Positions 39,154 to 49,115 of a stretch of 64,000 nucleotides of DNA are shown piece by piece. The notes under the pieces are model-generated. The model was not told the origin of the DNA, ran no database searches, and saw nothing but the letters and a program-made list of their open reading frames with translations. Position numbers and translations under genes: made by a program. How positions within the stretch are numbered: position 1 is the first letter of the stretch; each line of letters starts with the position of its first letter. Source of the stretch: Promethearchaeota archaeon (GTDB lineage Archaea > Asgardarchaeota > Lokiarchaeia > Sigyniarchaeales > SOKP01); NCBI GenBank assembly GCA_011364925.1, contig RDOA01000003.1, forward strand, positions 32,001 through 96,000, in the 5' to 3' direction.

Positions 39154-41103
39154 ATGTCCCATTCTGAACTAAATCAATTAGCAAGAGCGGAAGAACTTTT
39201 TGATGAAGGTGAGCTTGACAAGGCTTATGGGATCTTAAACGATCGGAGCCAATTTGAGGAGCTAAATCCCCAACAAAAAGAGCATTTCCAGTTTCTTAAG
39301 GGCTTAATTCTATTTTCCCAGTGGAAACATGTAGAGCTTTTTAAGCATGGTGAGGAAATATTTAAAGAAGGTCAAAACCTTAATGATAATCTCCAATCGC
39401 TTGATGGACTATTTTTTATAATCGCTGGATTAGGTCAAGCTAACAGATTTAAAGAAGCCATTCAAAAATTTGAAACTGCTGAAGTGCTATTAGAGCTTAG
39501 TTCTAATGAATCCAGAACCATTTTTACTCAAAGAAAAGCTCGGATGAGACTTCTAAAAGGATGGATTAATCTGGAGTCAAATAATCTAGATGTAGCAGAA
39601 AAGTGCTTAGATTGGGTCTTAAATTCCCAAAATGATCTGGGTAATACATTTGAAATTGTTTGGGCTACTTTATTGAAGGCACGACTTAAGTTTCAAGGAA
39701 AATTGATGTATAATCTCTGTGGAGAATACGCTAAGAAAGCTTTTTCAATGGCAAAACAAATTAAATTTAACCACTTCTGGATTGCTCTTTGTCAAGTGAT
39801 TTTAGGGGCGCTATATTCTAGTCTAGGCGAGATAGATATCAGTTTGAAATATTTCATGAAAAGTTTGGCGATATTTAGAAAAATCAAAAGCAATTATTGG
39901 ATTGCATTTGTGCTTAACGGCGTAGGCTGTATCTATTATGAACTTGGCAATTTCAAACTAAGTCTTAAATACTACGAAGAATGTTTATCAATTCATGAAA
40001 AATTAACTGGTTATCTGGTTCTACCTCTTTCTAATTTAGTTGAAGTGGCGCTTGAAATAGGTGATAATGAACTTGCTCGGCAATACTTCAATCGACTAAA
40101 AAATTTTTACAATCCAAAAGAAGATAGGCTAAGTGAATTAGCATACTTATCTACTAAGGCATTAATGCTAAAAAAGAGTCCTCGAATTCGCGATAAAGCA
40201 AAAGCTGAAGAGATATTTAGAAAAATCATAAACATTGATGCTTTATGGAGTGAATTTGTGATTCACGCAACAATTCATCTGTGTGACCTGCTTCTTTCAG
40301 AATATCATTTTACTAATAGTAATGAAGTACTTGAAGAGCTTAATCACTACATTGCTAAATTATTAACTATAGCGGAAAAAACACAATCATATACTTACTC
40401 TTGTAATACTTTCATATTACAAGCAAAACTAGCTTTAATAAAGTTTGATATAAAATCAGCTCGACGACTTTTTACTCAAGCACAGAAAATAGCGGAATCC
40501 AATGGGATGAACCGATTAGCAATGAAAATTTCACAGGAACACGATGAGTTAATCAAGCAAATAAAGGTATGGGAAATGTTAAAAGAATCAGAAGCGTCAT
40601 TATCTGAACGCTTTGAACTCGCTGGTTTAAGTAAGCAGATAGAAAGTATGGTGAAAAGGAGAATCATTGAAGTTCCAGAGCTTTCAGATGAAGAACCTGT
40701 GCTACTTTTAATAATTTCTGAGGGAGGCACACCATTTTTCTCACAATCTTTTAATGTGGAAAAATCATTCGAATCACACCTTTTTGGCGGCTTTTTGAGC
40801 ACTATAGATTACTTTATTAACGAGGTGTTTTCCGAAGGATTAGATCGCGCCGTATTCGGCGAACACACTCTTCTTATGAAGTCCGTTCCGCCTTTTTTTA
40901 TTGCCTATATATTTAAAGGTCAATCTTACTATGCTCTTCAAAAAATGAGTAGTTTCATTAGTAACCTCCAAAAAAATACTGATATTTGGAATAAATTACT
41001 TAGACATTTTCGAGCAAATCAGACTATTCAATTGAAAGATTTTCCTTTAATCGATTCCTTAATTACAAATACTTTTCTCGCAGGACATACATCTTCGAAA
41101 TAA
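39154..41103 (+). CDS. TPR + C-terminal longin-like domain protein 1
   Basis: Multiple TPRs; EEPVLLLIISEGG.PFFS...LFGGFLSTIDYF...LDRAVFG..TLLMK...YIFKG longin-type pattern. Confidence 0.8.
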   Translation: MSHSELNQLARAEELFDEGELDKAYGILNDRSQFEELNPQQKEHFQFLKGLILFSQWKHVELFKHGEEIFKEGQNLNDNLQSLDGLFFIIAGLGQANRFKEAIQKFETAEVLLELSSNESRTIFTQRKARMRLLKGWINLESNNLDVAEKCLDWVLNSQNDLGNTFEIVWATLLKARLKFQGKLMYNLCGEYAKKAFSMAKQIKFNHFWIALCQVILGALYSSLGEIDISLKYFMKSLAIFRKIKSNYWIAFVLNGVGCIYYELGNFKLSLKYYEECLSIHEKLTGYLVLPLSNLVEVALEIGDNELARQYFNRLKNFYNPKEDRLSELAYLSTKALMLKKSPRIRDKAKAEEIFRKIINIDALWSEFVIHATIHLCDLLLSEYHFTNSNEVLEELNHYIAKLLTIAEKTQSYTYSCNTFILQAKLALIKFDIKSARRLFTQAQKIAESNGMNRLAMKISQEHDELIKQIKVWEMLKESEASLSERFELAGLSKQIESMVKRRIIEVPELSDEEPVLLLIISEGGTPFFSQSFNVEKSFESHLFGGFLSTIDYFINEVFSEGLDRAVFGEHTLLMKSVPPFFIAYIFKGQSYYALQKMSSFISNLQKNTDIWNKLLRHFRANQTIQLKDFPLIDSLITNTFLAGHTSSK

Positions 41104-41170
41104 TTTTTAACTATGTTTTATTGCGTTCGAATTATTCCCAATTTTCAAGCTGTATCATAGAGAATTGAAA

Positions 41171-41246
41171 CTATCGTGAAACTATCGCGAGCTCAATTAT
41201 AAATGCAACAATACCTCAAAATCTATTTAGTCATCGTAAAGATGAT
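41171..41246 (+). promoter_or_regulatory. Conserved promoter module, copy 2
   Basis: CTATCGTG 41171, CTATCGCG 41182, TTATAAAT 41197, GTCATC-GTAAA-GATGAT 41230. Confidence 0.8.
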
Positions 41247-41282
41247 AAAATTGAGATTTCAATAAAAAAGCGGATTCAGAAA

Positions 41283-41678
41283 ATGACTGAAATTAAAAAA
41301 TTTACAAAAATCGTGCTTATAGTGGATGCTATTCTTTGGTTCATGTTTACGATATTCCTTATATTTATTTTTGATATGACTATGAATCCTGAGGGTTGGA
41401 CAAACCCCTATCTCCCAAAATTATTTGGGGGTGTTATTTTTGTATCTGCTATTTTCGCAATTTTAATGCTTCGTAAAAAAGAATGGGAAGAAATTAAACT
41501 GTTATTTGCGTATTTTATAGGGTTACTAATATCGACATTATTCTTTGAAGCTACTGTATTTGCTATTGTAGGATTTGCTTTTGGAACTCTAACGATTATG
41601 GTACATTCATTTAATATAACAGTAGAGGCTGTACTTCTAGCGCTTGCAATTATCAGCTGGATAAAACAAAGAGTATAA
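41283..41678 (+). CDS. Four-TM membrane protein
   Basis: Four hydrophobic helices; GWTNPY loop. Confidence 0.8.
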   Translation: MTEIKKFTKIVLIVDAILWFMFTIFLIFIFDMTMNPEGWTNPYLPKLFGGVIFVSAIFAILMLRKKEWEEIKLLFAYFIGLLISTLFFEATVFAIVGFAFGTLTIMVHSFNITVEAVLLALAIISWIKQRV

Positions 41679-41854
41679 AGCAAAAATCAAAATTAAATTT
41701 AAAAAATTTTTTTCTTTTTTTGACATTGAATATCCATTCTAATAGGTATTAGAATTTTAATAGCAGATTGGTGAACATTATATTTAAAACCCAATTTAGC
41801 TTATATTAGTAATTATATCCAAAAATGTCTTAAATTAAAATGATTTTTGAGTAG

Positions 41855-43549
41855 ATGTTTTTTCTTAATCCTGAGATTAAAGGTTTGAATTCAGTTAGGC
41901 AACTTATGGAAGATGGGAAAATGCAGAAAGCCTTCCAAATTGTTTTAGAATTAGAACAAGGAGACGATCTTTCTCCCAAAGAATTACTCTCGTGTAAGCT
42001 CGTAAAGGCTAATCTATTACGTGTAATAGGAAATTATCCAGACGCAATTGAAATTGCTAAGGAAATTTTTCGAGAATTTCAAAAACAAGGTGATTTAGTA
42101 TCATCGTTAGACGCTTTACTTATTCAAGCATATACCTATATGATAACGGTTAATTTAACTCAAAGTGAACATCTTATTCCACAGATAGAAAATTTATTCA
42201 AAGCAATTAAAGAACCATTATCAATAGATCTCAAAGAAAGAGAATCTTTTTTCTTAAGAATAAAAGCTGCTATTCATTCTCTCAAAGGCGAATTTCAACG
42301 ATCCTTAGAACTTAACAAAAAAGCTTATGATCTAGCTAAAGAGACTGGAAACACAGTATTGATTGTTGCGAGTCTTAATAATACTGCTAATGATTATTTC
42401 CATATGAAAGAATATGACATGGCAATAATGTATGGTAAACAAGCTATTAAGAATGATAGTCTAAATTTGGCAGTTGCGTACGCTACCTTAATTGAAACTT
42501 ATGTCAGCAAGGGAGACATTAAAGAAGCGATAATTTATCTCGATCGTTTGCATGAATTTTCAGAGAATTACGATTCTAAATGGAATAGAACTTTATATTC
42601 CCTAAATAAAGCTTTGATATTAAAATCAAGTCTCCGAGCAAGAGATCGTATTAAAGCAGAAGATCTATTTAAAAAAATAGCTTTGGACAGTACTGTAGCT
42701 GGTACAATGCGGATTGATGCGATTATATATTTATGCGATTTATACTTAACTGAACTTCGGATAACTCACGACCCAGAAATAATAAACGAGATTCACCCAT
42801 ATATTCAAGAGTTATTAAGTATTGCTAAAAAACAAGATTCACATTTATATTTAGCCGAAACTCTACTTTTGCAAGCAAAACTTTCACTATTGACTTTAGA
42901 TATAAAAGAAGCTAAACGATTTTTAACTCGAGGCCAAAAAGTAGCAGAATCACATGGTATTAAACAACTAGCAATGAGAATCTCAAACGAACACGATTAT
43001 TTACTCGGTCAAGAAAAACTCTGGAATAATTTCAAGCAATCAAAAGTTCCTTTCTCTGAACGCTTGGAACTCGCTGGTTTGAATCAACAGATGGATTATA
43101 TGACAAAAAGGCAAATATTCACTATTCCACAACAACCAGACGAGGAACCGGTGCTCCTTTTATTGCTTTCAGAGGGGGGAGTACCCTTTTTCTCCCACAC
43201 TTTTGTAGAAGATCGATCCTTCAAATCGCATCTTTTTGGTGGATTTCTAACCACTATTGATTACTTTATTCGAGAAATGTTTTCTGAAGGATTAGATCGA
43301 GCAATCTTTGGAGATTACACACTTGTTATGAAGTCTCTAACACCTTTTTTTGTTTCCTATATATTTAAAGGTAATTCTTATTACGCTCTCCAAAAAACAG
43401 ATTATTTTATTGAATGTATTAAGAAAGATGAGCATATATGGGCAAAACTACTAAAATATCTTCAAGCAAACCAGTCAATTCAATTAAAAGACATCCCTCA
43501 ACTTGATTCTTTGATAATAGAAATCTTTATCCCAGAAAAATCTGTATGA
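41855..43549 (+). CDS. TPR + longin-like protein 2
   Basis: Same architecture as 39154. Confidence 0.8.
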   Translation: MFFLNPEIKGLNSVRQLMEDGKMQKAFQIVLELEQGDDLSPKELLSCKLVKANLLRVIGNYPDAIEIAKEIFREFQKQGDLVSSLDALLIQAYTYMITVNLTQSEHLIPQIENLFKAIKEPLSIDLKERESFFLRIKAAIHSLKGEFQRSLELNKKAYDLAKETGNTVLIVASLNNTANDYFHMKEYDMAIMYGKQAIKNDSLNLAVAYATLIETYVSKGDIKEAIIYLDRLHEFSENYDSKWNRTLYSLNKALILKSSLRARDRIKAEDLFKKIALDSTVAGTMRIDAIIYLCDLYLTELRITHDPEIINEIHPYIQELLSIAKKQDSHLYLAETLLLQAKLSLLTLDIKEAKRFLTRGQKVAESHGIKQLAMRISNEHDYLLGQEKLWNNFKQSKVPFSERLELAGLNQQMDYMTKRQIFTIPQQPDEEPVLLLLLSEGGVPFFSHTFVEDRSFKSHLFGGFLTTIDYFIREMFSEGLDRAIFGDYTLVMKSLTPFFVSYIFKGNSYYALQKTDYFIECIKKDEHIWAKLLKYLQANQSIQLKDIPQLDSLIIEIFIPEKSV

Positions 43550-43704
43550 TCTCAATTTGATAGAATCTCAAAAAATGTTTTAATAGGGATATGTTCTTTA
43601 AAAAATTGAATATAATCATAAGTTCACATTATATTTAAAACACAAATTAGCTTATATTAGTAATTATAACCAAAAAGTTTTGGTTTAGCGAGATTTTTGA
43701 TTAG

Positions 43705-45387
43705 ATGATTCATTTTGATGATAAAGAACTGATTGAAATCAGTCAAATTATAGAAGAGGGCAAACTGAAGGAAGCTTACCAGGCTATTTTAGAATTGGAG
43801 CAAAAAGATGATCTATCTAATAAAGAAAAAATCTCATGTAAACTCATTAAAGCTAATCTTTTCCGAGTTATGGGACAATATTTGGAATCTATTGAATATG
43901 CTGAAACAGTTTTTCAAGAATCTCAAAAAGGAGGAGATATTCTTTCATCTTTCGATGCTTTAACCATTCAAGCGCATTGCTATACATATATGGTTGACAT
44001 AATTAAAAGTGAAGAACTTTACACTCAAGCACAAGAGATATTTAAAATAATAAAAGAAAGATTTTCCATAGATCTAAGGGAGAGAGAATCTTTCTTGGTA
44101 AGGATAAAAGCTGGAATTAACTTTTTTAAGGGAGATATTAAATCTTATATAAAATTAAATGAGGAGGCTTATGACCTCGCAAAAAATACAAAGAGTGAAA
44201 ACCTAATTGCTTCTAGCCTTAACAACCTTGCTCAAGGTTACTTTCATTTAAAAGAATATGACAAAGCCATACAGTATGCTAAAGAAGCCGTTAAGATTGG
44301 AAAATCTTTTACTTTAGCTTATGCATTAGGAACATTAATTGATATATATCTCGGGATGGGCGATATTAACGAAGCAAAAGCTAATCTTGGAATCTTTCAT
44401 GATCATGCCAAAGAACTTGGTACTGAAAGATACAAAACTCTCTATAATTACTCTAAAGCATCAGTTTTAAAAGCTAGTCTAAGAGCCAGAGACCGTATCA
44501 AATCTGAAGATATCTTCCTGAGTATTGCATTGGATCATGCAAGACCTAGCGAACAAAGGATTGATGCGATTCTTAGTTTATGTGATTTATACATAACTGA
44601 ACTTCGGATAACTAATGACCCCGAAATAATAAACGAGATTCACCCATATATTCAAGAATTGTTAAATATTGCTAAAAAACAACATTCACGTTTATATTTA
44701 GCCGAAACATTACTTTTGCAAGCAAAACTTTCACTACTAACTTTAGATATAAAAGAAACTAAACGATTTTTAAATCAAGGTCAAAAAATAGCAGAATTGT
44801 ACGGTATTAAACAACTGGCAATGAGAATCTCAAATGAACATGATAATTTACTCAGTCAAGAAAAAATTTGGGAGAATTTCAAGCAATCAAAAGTACCCTT
44901 CTCCGAACGTTTGGAACTCGCCGGTTTGAATCAACAGATGGATTATATGACGAGAAGGCGAATATCTGTTATCCCACAACAACCCGGCGAGGAACCAGTG
45001 CTGCTTTTATTGCTTTCAGAGGGAGGAGTCCCTTTTTTCTCATACACATTTGGAGAAGATCGATCCTTTAAATCGCATCTTTTTGGTGGATTTTTAACCA
45101 CTATCGATTACTTTATTCGAGAAATGTTTTCTGAAGGATTAGATCGCGCAATCTTTGGAGATTACACTCTTGTCATGAAGTCTGTGACGCCATTTTTCGT
45201 TTCCTATATATTTAAAGGCAATTCTTATTACGCTCTCCAGAAAGCGGATAATTTTATTGATACTATTAAAAACAACGAGCAACTTTGGAAAAAGCTGCTT
45301 AAATATTTTCAAGCGAACCAAGCAATTCAATTAAATGACATCCCTCAACTTGATTCTCTAATAAATGAGGTCTTTATAACAAAATAA
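43705..45387 (+). CDS. TPR + longin-like protein 3
   Basis: 3' half nearly identical to 41855; 5' half divergent. Confidence 0.8.
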   Translation: MIHFDDKELIEISQIIEEGKLKEAYQAILELEQKDDLSNKEKISCKLIKANLFRVMGQYLESIEYAETVFQESQKGGDILSSFDALTIQAHCYTYMVDIIKSEELYTQAQEIFKIIKERFSIDLRERESFLVRIKAGINFFKGDIKSYIKLNEEAYDLAKNTKSENLIASSLNNLAQGYFHLKEYDKAIQYAKEAVKIGKSFTLAYALGTLIDIYLGMGDINEAKANLGIFHDHAKELGTERYKTLYNYSKASVLKASLRARDRIKSEDIFLSIALDHARPSEQRIDAILSLCDLYITELRITNDPEIINEIHPYIQELLNIAKKQHSRLYLAETLLLQAKLSLLTLDIKETKRFLNQGQKIAELYGIKQLAMRISNEHDNLLSQEKIWENFKQSKVPFSERLELAGLNQQMDYMTRRRISVIPQQPGEEPVLLLLLSEGGVPFFSYTFGEDRSFKSHLFGGFLTTIDYFIREMFSEGLDRAIFGDYTLVMKSVTPFFVSYIFKGNSYYALQKADNFIDTIKNNEQLWKKLLKYFQANQAIQLNDIPQLDSLINEVFITK

Positions 45388-45431
45388 CTTGTTTGATCTC
45401 TATTTAGGTAATTGATTAAAAATAATTGAAA

Positions 45432-45509
45432 CTATCGCGAAACTATCGATAGCTCAATTATAAATGAGATTTTACCTCCAGATTTAATTAGTCATCGCAA
45501 AGATGATTA
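45432..45509 (+). promoter_or_regulatory. Conserved promoter module, copy 3
   Basis: CTATCGCG 45432, CTATCGAT 45443, TTATAAAT 45458, TAGTCATC-GCAAA-GATGATTA 45489. Confidence 0.8.
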
Positions 45510-45532
45510 CTTTAAATCTAAACACAAGAGAG

Positions 45533-46255
45533 TTGATAAAAATTAATAGATCAAAAATAGTTAAAAATATAACATTACTTGCGACTATCGGAATTTTACT
45601 TCTGGTGTTTTCCACATCAGTGCAAGGTTGGGGTGGATATAGGAGTCGAATCAATATTAGACCTATAGAGGATTGGAAAGGAGAAGATGTTGTAGGCTGG
45701 GCAGATCCAGAATCTGGGTTAGTTATCCATCCTCAAGCTGTCGAATGGGTCCCCGCTGATCCAGAGAGTCCTAACTTTCCATTTACTCTCTTAGATTGGG
45801 AGCGAAAACCCATATGGGAGTGCGAATATTGGGGAACGATTCTGGAACGAGAATTAGATGATCAAAACACATTAATCTCTATTTATATTTATGTAAAGGA
45901 AGTTCCCTTCATGATCTTCACTCTTACTGGAGCAGATTATATCTATTATCCCCCACTCTATTATGGTGTGATGCAATACTATTTCCAATGCAAGATGCAA
46001 TTCAATACAGAGTCCCTTTATAATATATTTGAAGCTGATGGAAAAATTCCTGCTCTCAATGAAATATTTGGTGCATCCTACGGTTTTTGGCCTTATCCCG
46101 AAGAACCAGTTCCACTTGTGACATACATGCACATTTTAGGAGTGGGTGAAATAACTGAAGGAGGAGATGGAACTGTATATCTCCATCAACTTGGGATTTT
46201 TAACACAGAAATAGGAGATTATGATTATCCGTACGAAACGGTAGTCGTTAAGTAG
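45533..46255 (+). CDS. Exported acidic/aromatic-rich protein
   Basis: TTG start MIKINRSKIV mirrors 49116; signal peptide ending SVQG. Confidence 0.75.
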   Translation: MIKINRSKIVKNITLLATIGILLLVFSTSVQGWGGYRSRINIRPIEDWKGEDVVGWADPESGLVIHPQAVEWVPADPESPNFPFTLLDWERKPIWECEYWGTILERELDDQNTLISIYIYVKEVPFMIFTLTGADYIYYPPLYYGVMQYYFQCKMQFNTESLYNIFEADGKIPALNEIFGASYGFWPYPEEPVPLVTYMHILGVGEITEGGDGTVYLHQLGIFNTEIGDYDYPYETVVVK

Positions 46256-46293
46256 AGAGCTTTAGGGCGAGGTTTTATATATTTAAATTACAT

Positions 46294-46364
46294 AATAGAA
46301 CATGGAGGAATTGGATTAGAAATTAAATTTCTACCAATAAACCTCCGTTCTATTTTTTTTTTTT
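46294..46364 (+). terminator. Long bulged hairpin + T-run (terminator or small RNA)
   Basis: ATAGAAC(AT)GGAGG/CCTCCGTTCTAT, ATTGG/CCAAT and TAGAAAT/ATTTCTA stems followed by poly-T. Confidence 0.6.
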
Positions 46365-46457
46365 AATTCCTTAGAAAAGGTAAAATTAATTCAATTGAAT
46401 AAATATCGAATTCAATTAACTAAAGTTTTATATTAGGCTATATCTAATTTTACATTA

Positions 46458-47012
46458 ATGACTAATTCTTCTGAATTTGGCTTTAAAATATCTATAATCG
46501 GTGATGGCGGGGTTGGTAAGACCTCCCTAATCAAAAAGTATACAATGGGAACTTTTGAGAAGGATTATGTTAAGACGATAGGTGCTCAATTCTCTAGATA
46601 TGATCAAGAAATCGATGGAGATCTAATTAATTTAATATTTTGGGATATCGCAGGTCAGGATGATTTTAAATTCCTGCATCCTTTATTTTATAAAGAGAGC
46701 CGAGCTGCTATTATTGTATATAGTCTTGAAGAAAATGATTTAGGTAATGATAGCTACAAGCATATAATCAATTGGTATAACGAATTAAAGAAATATTGTG
46801 GAATTATTCCTGTGGTTATTATTGCCAATAAAATTGATTTAATTAATCAATCTGAGTTGGATGAGTTTGCAATTCAAAATTTAGTCAAAGAAAATAACTT
46901 TCTTGGATATTTTATTACTTCTGCAAAAACAGGCGAGGGAGTAATAGATGCTTTTAACGCAATTATCAAAAACTTATACTATAAGTATAAAGATTTATCT
47001 AGCTCTCAGTAG
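46458..47012 (+). CDS. Rab-like small GTPase (module A)
   Basis: GDGGVGKTS, YVKTIG, WDIAGQ, NKID, TSAK; no C-terminal Cys tail. Confidence 0.95.
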   Translation: MTNSSEFGFKISIIGDGGVGKTSLIKKYTMGTFEKDYVKTIGAQFSRYDQEIDGDLINLIFWDIAGQDDFKFLHPLFYKESRAAIIVYSLEENDLGNDSYKHIINWYNELKKYCGIIPVVIIANKIDLINQSELDEFAIQNLVKENNFLGYFITSAKTGEGVIDAFNAIIKNLYYKYKDLSSSQ

Positions 47013-48927
47013 CGTGATTTAAAGGTATCAAAGATCTATGTTCCTCTATCTCTGCGAGAAAAAGGTCTACAATTGCTAACCATTTATTTTTTGATTCCAA
47101 ATCGCTTATAATTTTGCTTGTTAATTCTTTTCCTCTCTTAAGATTTTGTACAGCTAATTCAAAATTTTCGAGAGCTGTATAACAAATTCCAATTTTGATA
47201 TAAGTCTGATAGATAAACCAATCGTTAGAATCAATTTCTATGGCTTTTTGGAATTCATTTATCGCTTCTTCGTATTCTTTAAAGTTTATTAAAATTTCTC
47301 CGAATGTATCGTGGAAAATTCCATTTTCTGGTTCTTTTTTTACGAGTTCCCGAAGAAGTTCCAATGCTTCTTGTTCTTTATCTAAATAAGATAACCAATA
47401 CGCTTTATAATTATGAAGCAGAGTATTGTTTGGATATTTTTCGATTAAATCTTCAATAATTTTTAAGCCTTCTTCTAAGTTTTTATCTTTTTTAAGAGTA
47501 TAAGCTTTTTTTATCGTAATATCTATCTCTTTTTTAGGAAATATCTCGAACATGTTTTCTAGTACCATTAAAACATCGTTATACTGATTAAAATAGAGTA
47601 AAATTCGTACTTTTGAATTGTATAAATCGTAATTCTTTGGACTTAATTCAATTTCATTTTCTATTTCTTTAATTTTCTCTTTGTATTGAGATTCAAATGT
47701 TTCAGAATTCTGCGATTGCATTATCTCCGTCATGTTCTGCCAAATAATTCCTTCTAGTTTATCGTATGTCTCTACTAATTCTTTTTTTATCTCAATTTTA
47801 TATGCTAGATATTCCATATACTCTGGTAAAAATTCTCTTAATGGTTCCTCGAAATCCTTATGAAATAAAAATTGACATACTTCTTCGAGAATATCGTCAA
47901 TCATCGAATTCATACTTCCTAATTCAGCAAATTTTTCTAAATATTTGTTTGCTGCTATATGTTCTTCCGTAATAGCTCGAAGAATTTTCTCTAATTTTTC
48001 GTCAAAATGGAAATAGTACCGTTTCTTGGGGGAAATATCTAAAATAAAAAACTTTAAGTCGTAGAATTCGCTTTCTACAATCTCATGTACCCAATAATCA
48101 AGCATTCTCTTCTCTATTTTGTAAAATCTCGAAAAATCCTCAAAAGATAAGTAATCAGGATAAAAATCGGGATGATTTATTGAAATAAAGAGCAAAATTT
48201 TGTAAAAATCCTCCTCATCTTTTAAGATTGAGTTAACTTTTAAATAATCTAATTTTAAAACCTTATTGAGAAATCTAAATTTTACACGATCGTCAATAAT
48301 ATTGAACTTATCGAAGAAATGCGACGCTTTTACAGTGATTTCGTCTATTCGCTTTCTTTCTTCTTCTAAAATTGTTTGTCTGTCTAAATTATAATTTTGT
48401 AGAATCCTCGAATATTCTATTTTCCCTAATTGAGTAATGATATATCTTTTGTTTTCTCTGACGATAAATCCCTTTTGAATTAATAAACTTAGAGTTTTTG
48501 ATAAAGAGGACTGATTTATAGAGAAAGGTTTTTCAAGAAAATCAGACCTTTTACAAAACCCATTATTGTACACCATCCAAATAATCCAGTGGGCATAATT
48601 TCGCCCTCTCTTCAAAATGACATCAGGGGGGAAACTTAGTTTTCGTTCCCTGGTTCTTTCTCTTGATAATTCTTGAAATTTTTGTTCCCCTTCTGGAGTT
48701 ATCTGGTATTGTCCTCTAGAAAGTTTCTCTACGAAGCCTTTGAGGATTAATTTTGTTAAATGACGGGAAATTGTAGATATGGGAATTTCAAGCGGTTTTT
48801 GTTCGAAATAGGACCATTCACAACTTTCATTATTCTTTAACATCCAAAGAATAATATGGTCATAGTTTGGCCTTTTCAGTTTAGAGGAATTAAGAATCTC
48901 ATCGGAAGGATAATTTATTTTGCTCAT
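46999..48927 (-). CDS. Tandem winged-HTH + TPR regulator (module B)
   Basis: Full-length paralog of 36126. Confidence 0.85.
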   Translation of the reverse strand: MSKINYPSDEILNSSKLKRPNYDHIILWMLKNNESCEWSYFEQKPLEIPISTISRHLTKLILKGFVEKLSRGQYQITPEGEQKFQELSRERTRERKLSFPPDVILKRGRNYAHWIIWMVYNNGFCKRSDFLEKPFSINQSSLSKTLSLLIQKGFIVRENKRYIITQLGKIEYSRILQNYNLDRQTILEEERKRIDEITVKASHFFDKFNIIDDRVKFRFLNKVLKLDYLKVNSILKDEEDFYKILLFISINHPDFYPDYLSFEDFSRFYKIEKRMLDYWVHEIVESEFYDLKFFILDISPKKRYYFHFDEKLEKILRAITEEHIAANKYLEKFAELGSMNSMIDDILEEVCQFLFHKDFEEPLREFLPEYMEYLAYKIEIKKELVETYDKLEGIIWQNMTEIMQSQNSETFESQYKEKIKEIENEIELSPKNYDLYNSKVRILLYFNQYNDVLMVLENMFEIFPKKEIDITIKKAYTLKKDKNLEEGLKIIEDLIEKYPNNTLLHNYKAYWLSYLDKEQEALELLRELVKKEPENGIFHDTFGEILINFKEYEEAINEFQKAIEIDSNDWFIYQTYIKIGICYTALENFELAVQNLKRGKELTSKIISDLESKNKWLAIVDLFLAEIEEHRSLIPLNHATES

Positions 48928-49010
48928 GATAGTTGAAAACTTAGTCTTATGATTAATTATGAATATTTATATTTATATCTATTTTTCGAAACTTCCACTT
49001 TTTTTCGGAA

Positions 49011-49086
49011 TTTCCGTGGAATTATCGGAAGCTTAATTATATATGCAAATTTATCTCAAGATTTAATTAATCATCGTAAAGATGAT
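49011..49086 (+). promoter_or_regulatory. Conserved promoter module, copy 4 (diverged repeats)
   Basis: TTTCCGTG 49011, TTATCGGA 49022, TTATATAT 49037, ATCATC-GTAAA-GATGAT 49070. Confidence 0.7.
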
Positions 49087-49115
49087 AAAATCTAATATAA
49101 CTGAAAAAAAAAGAG

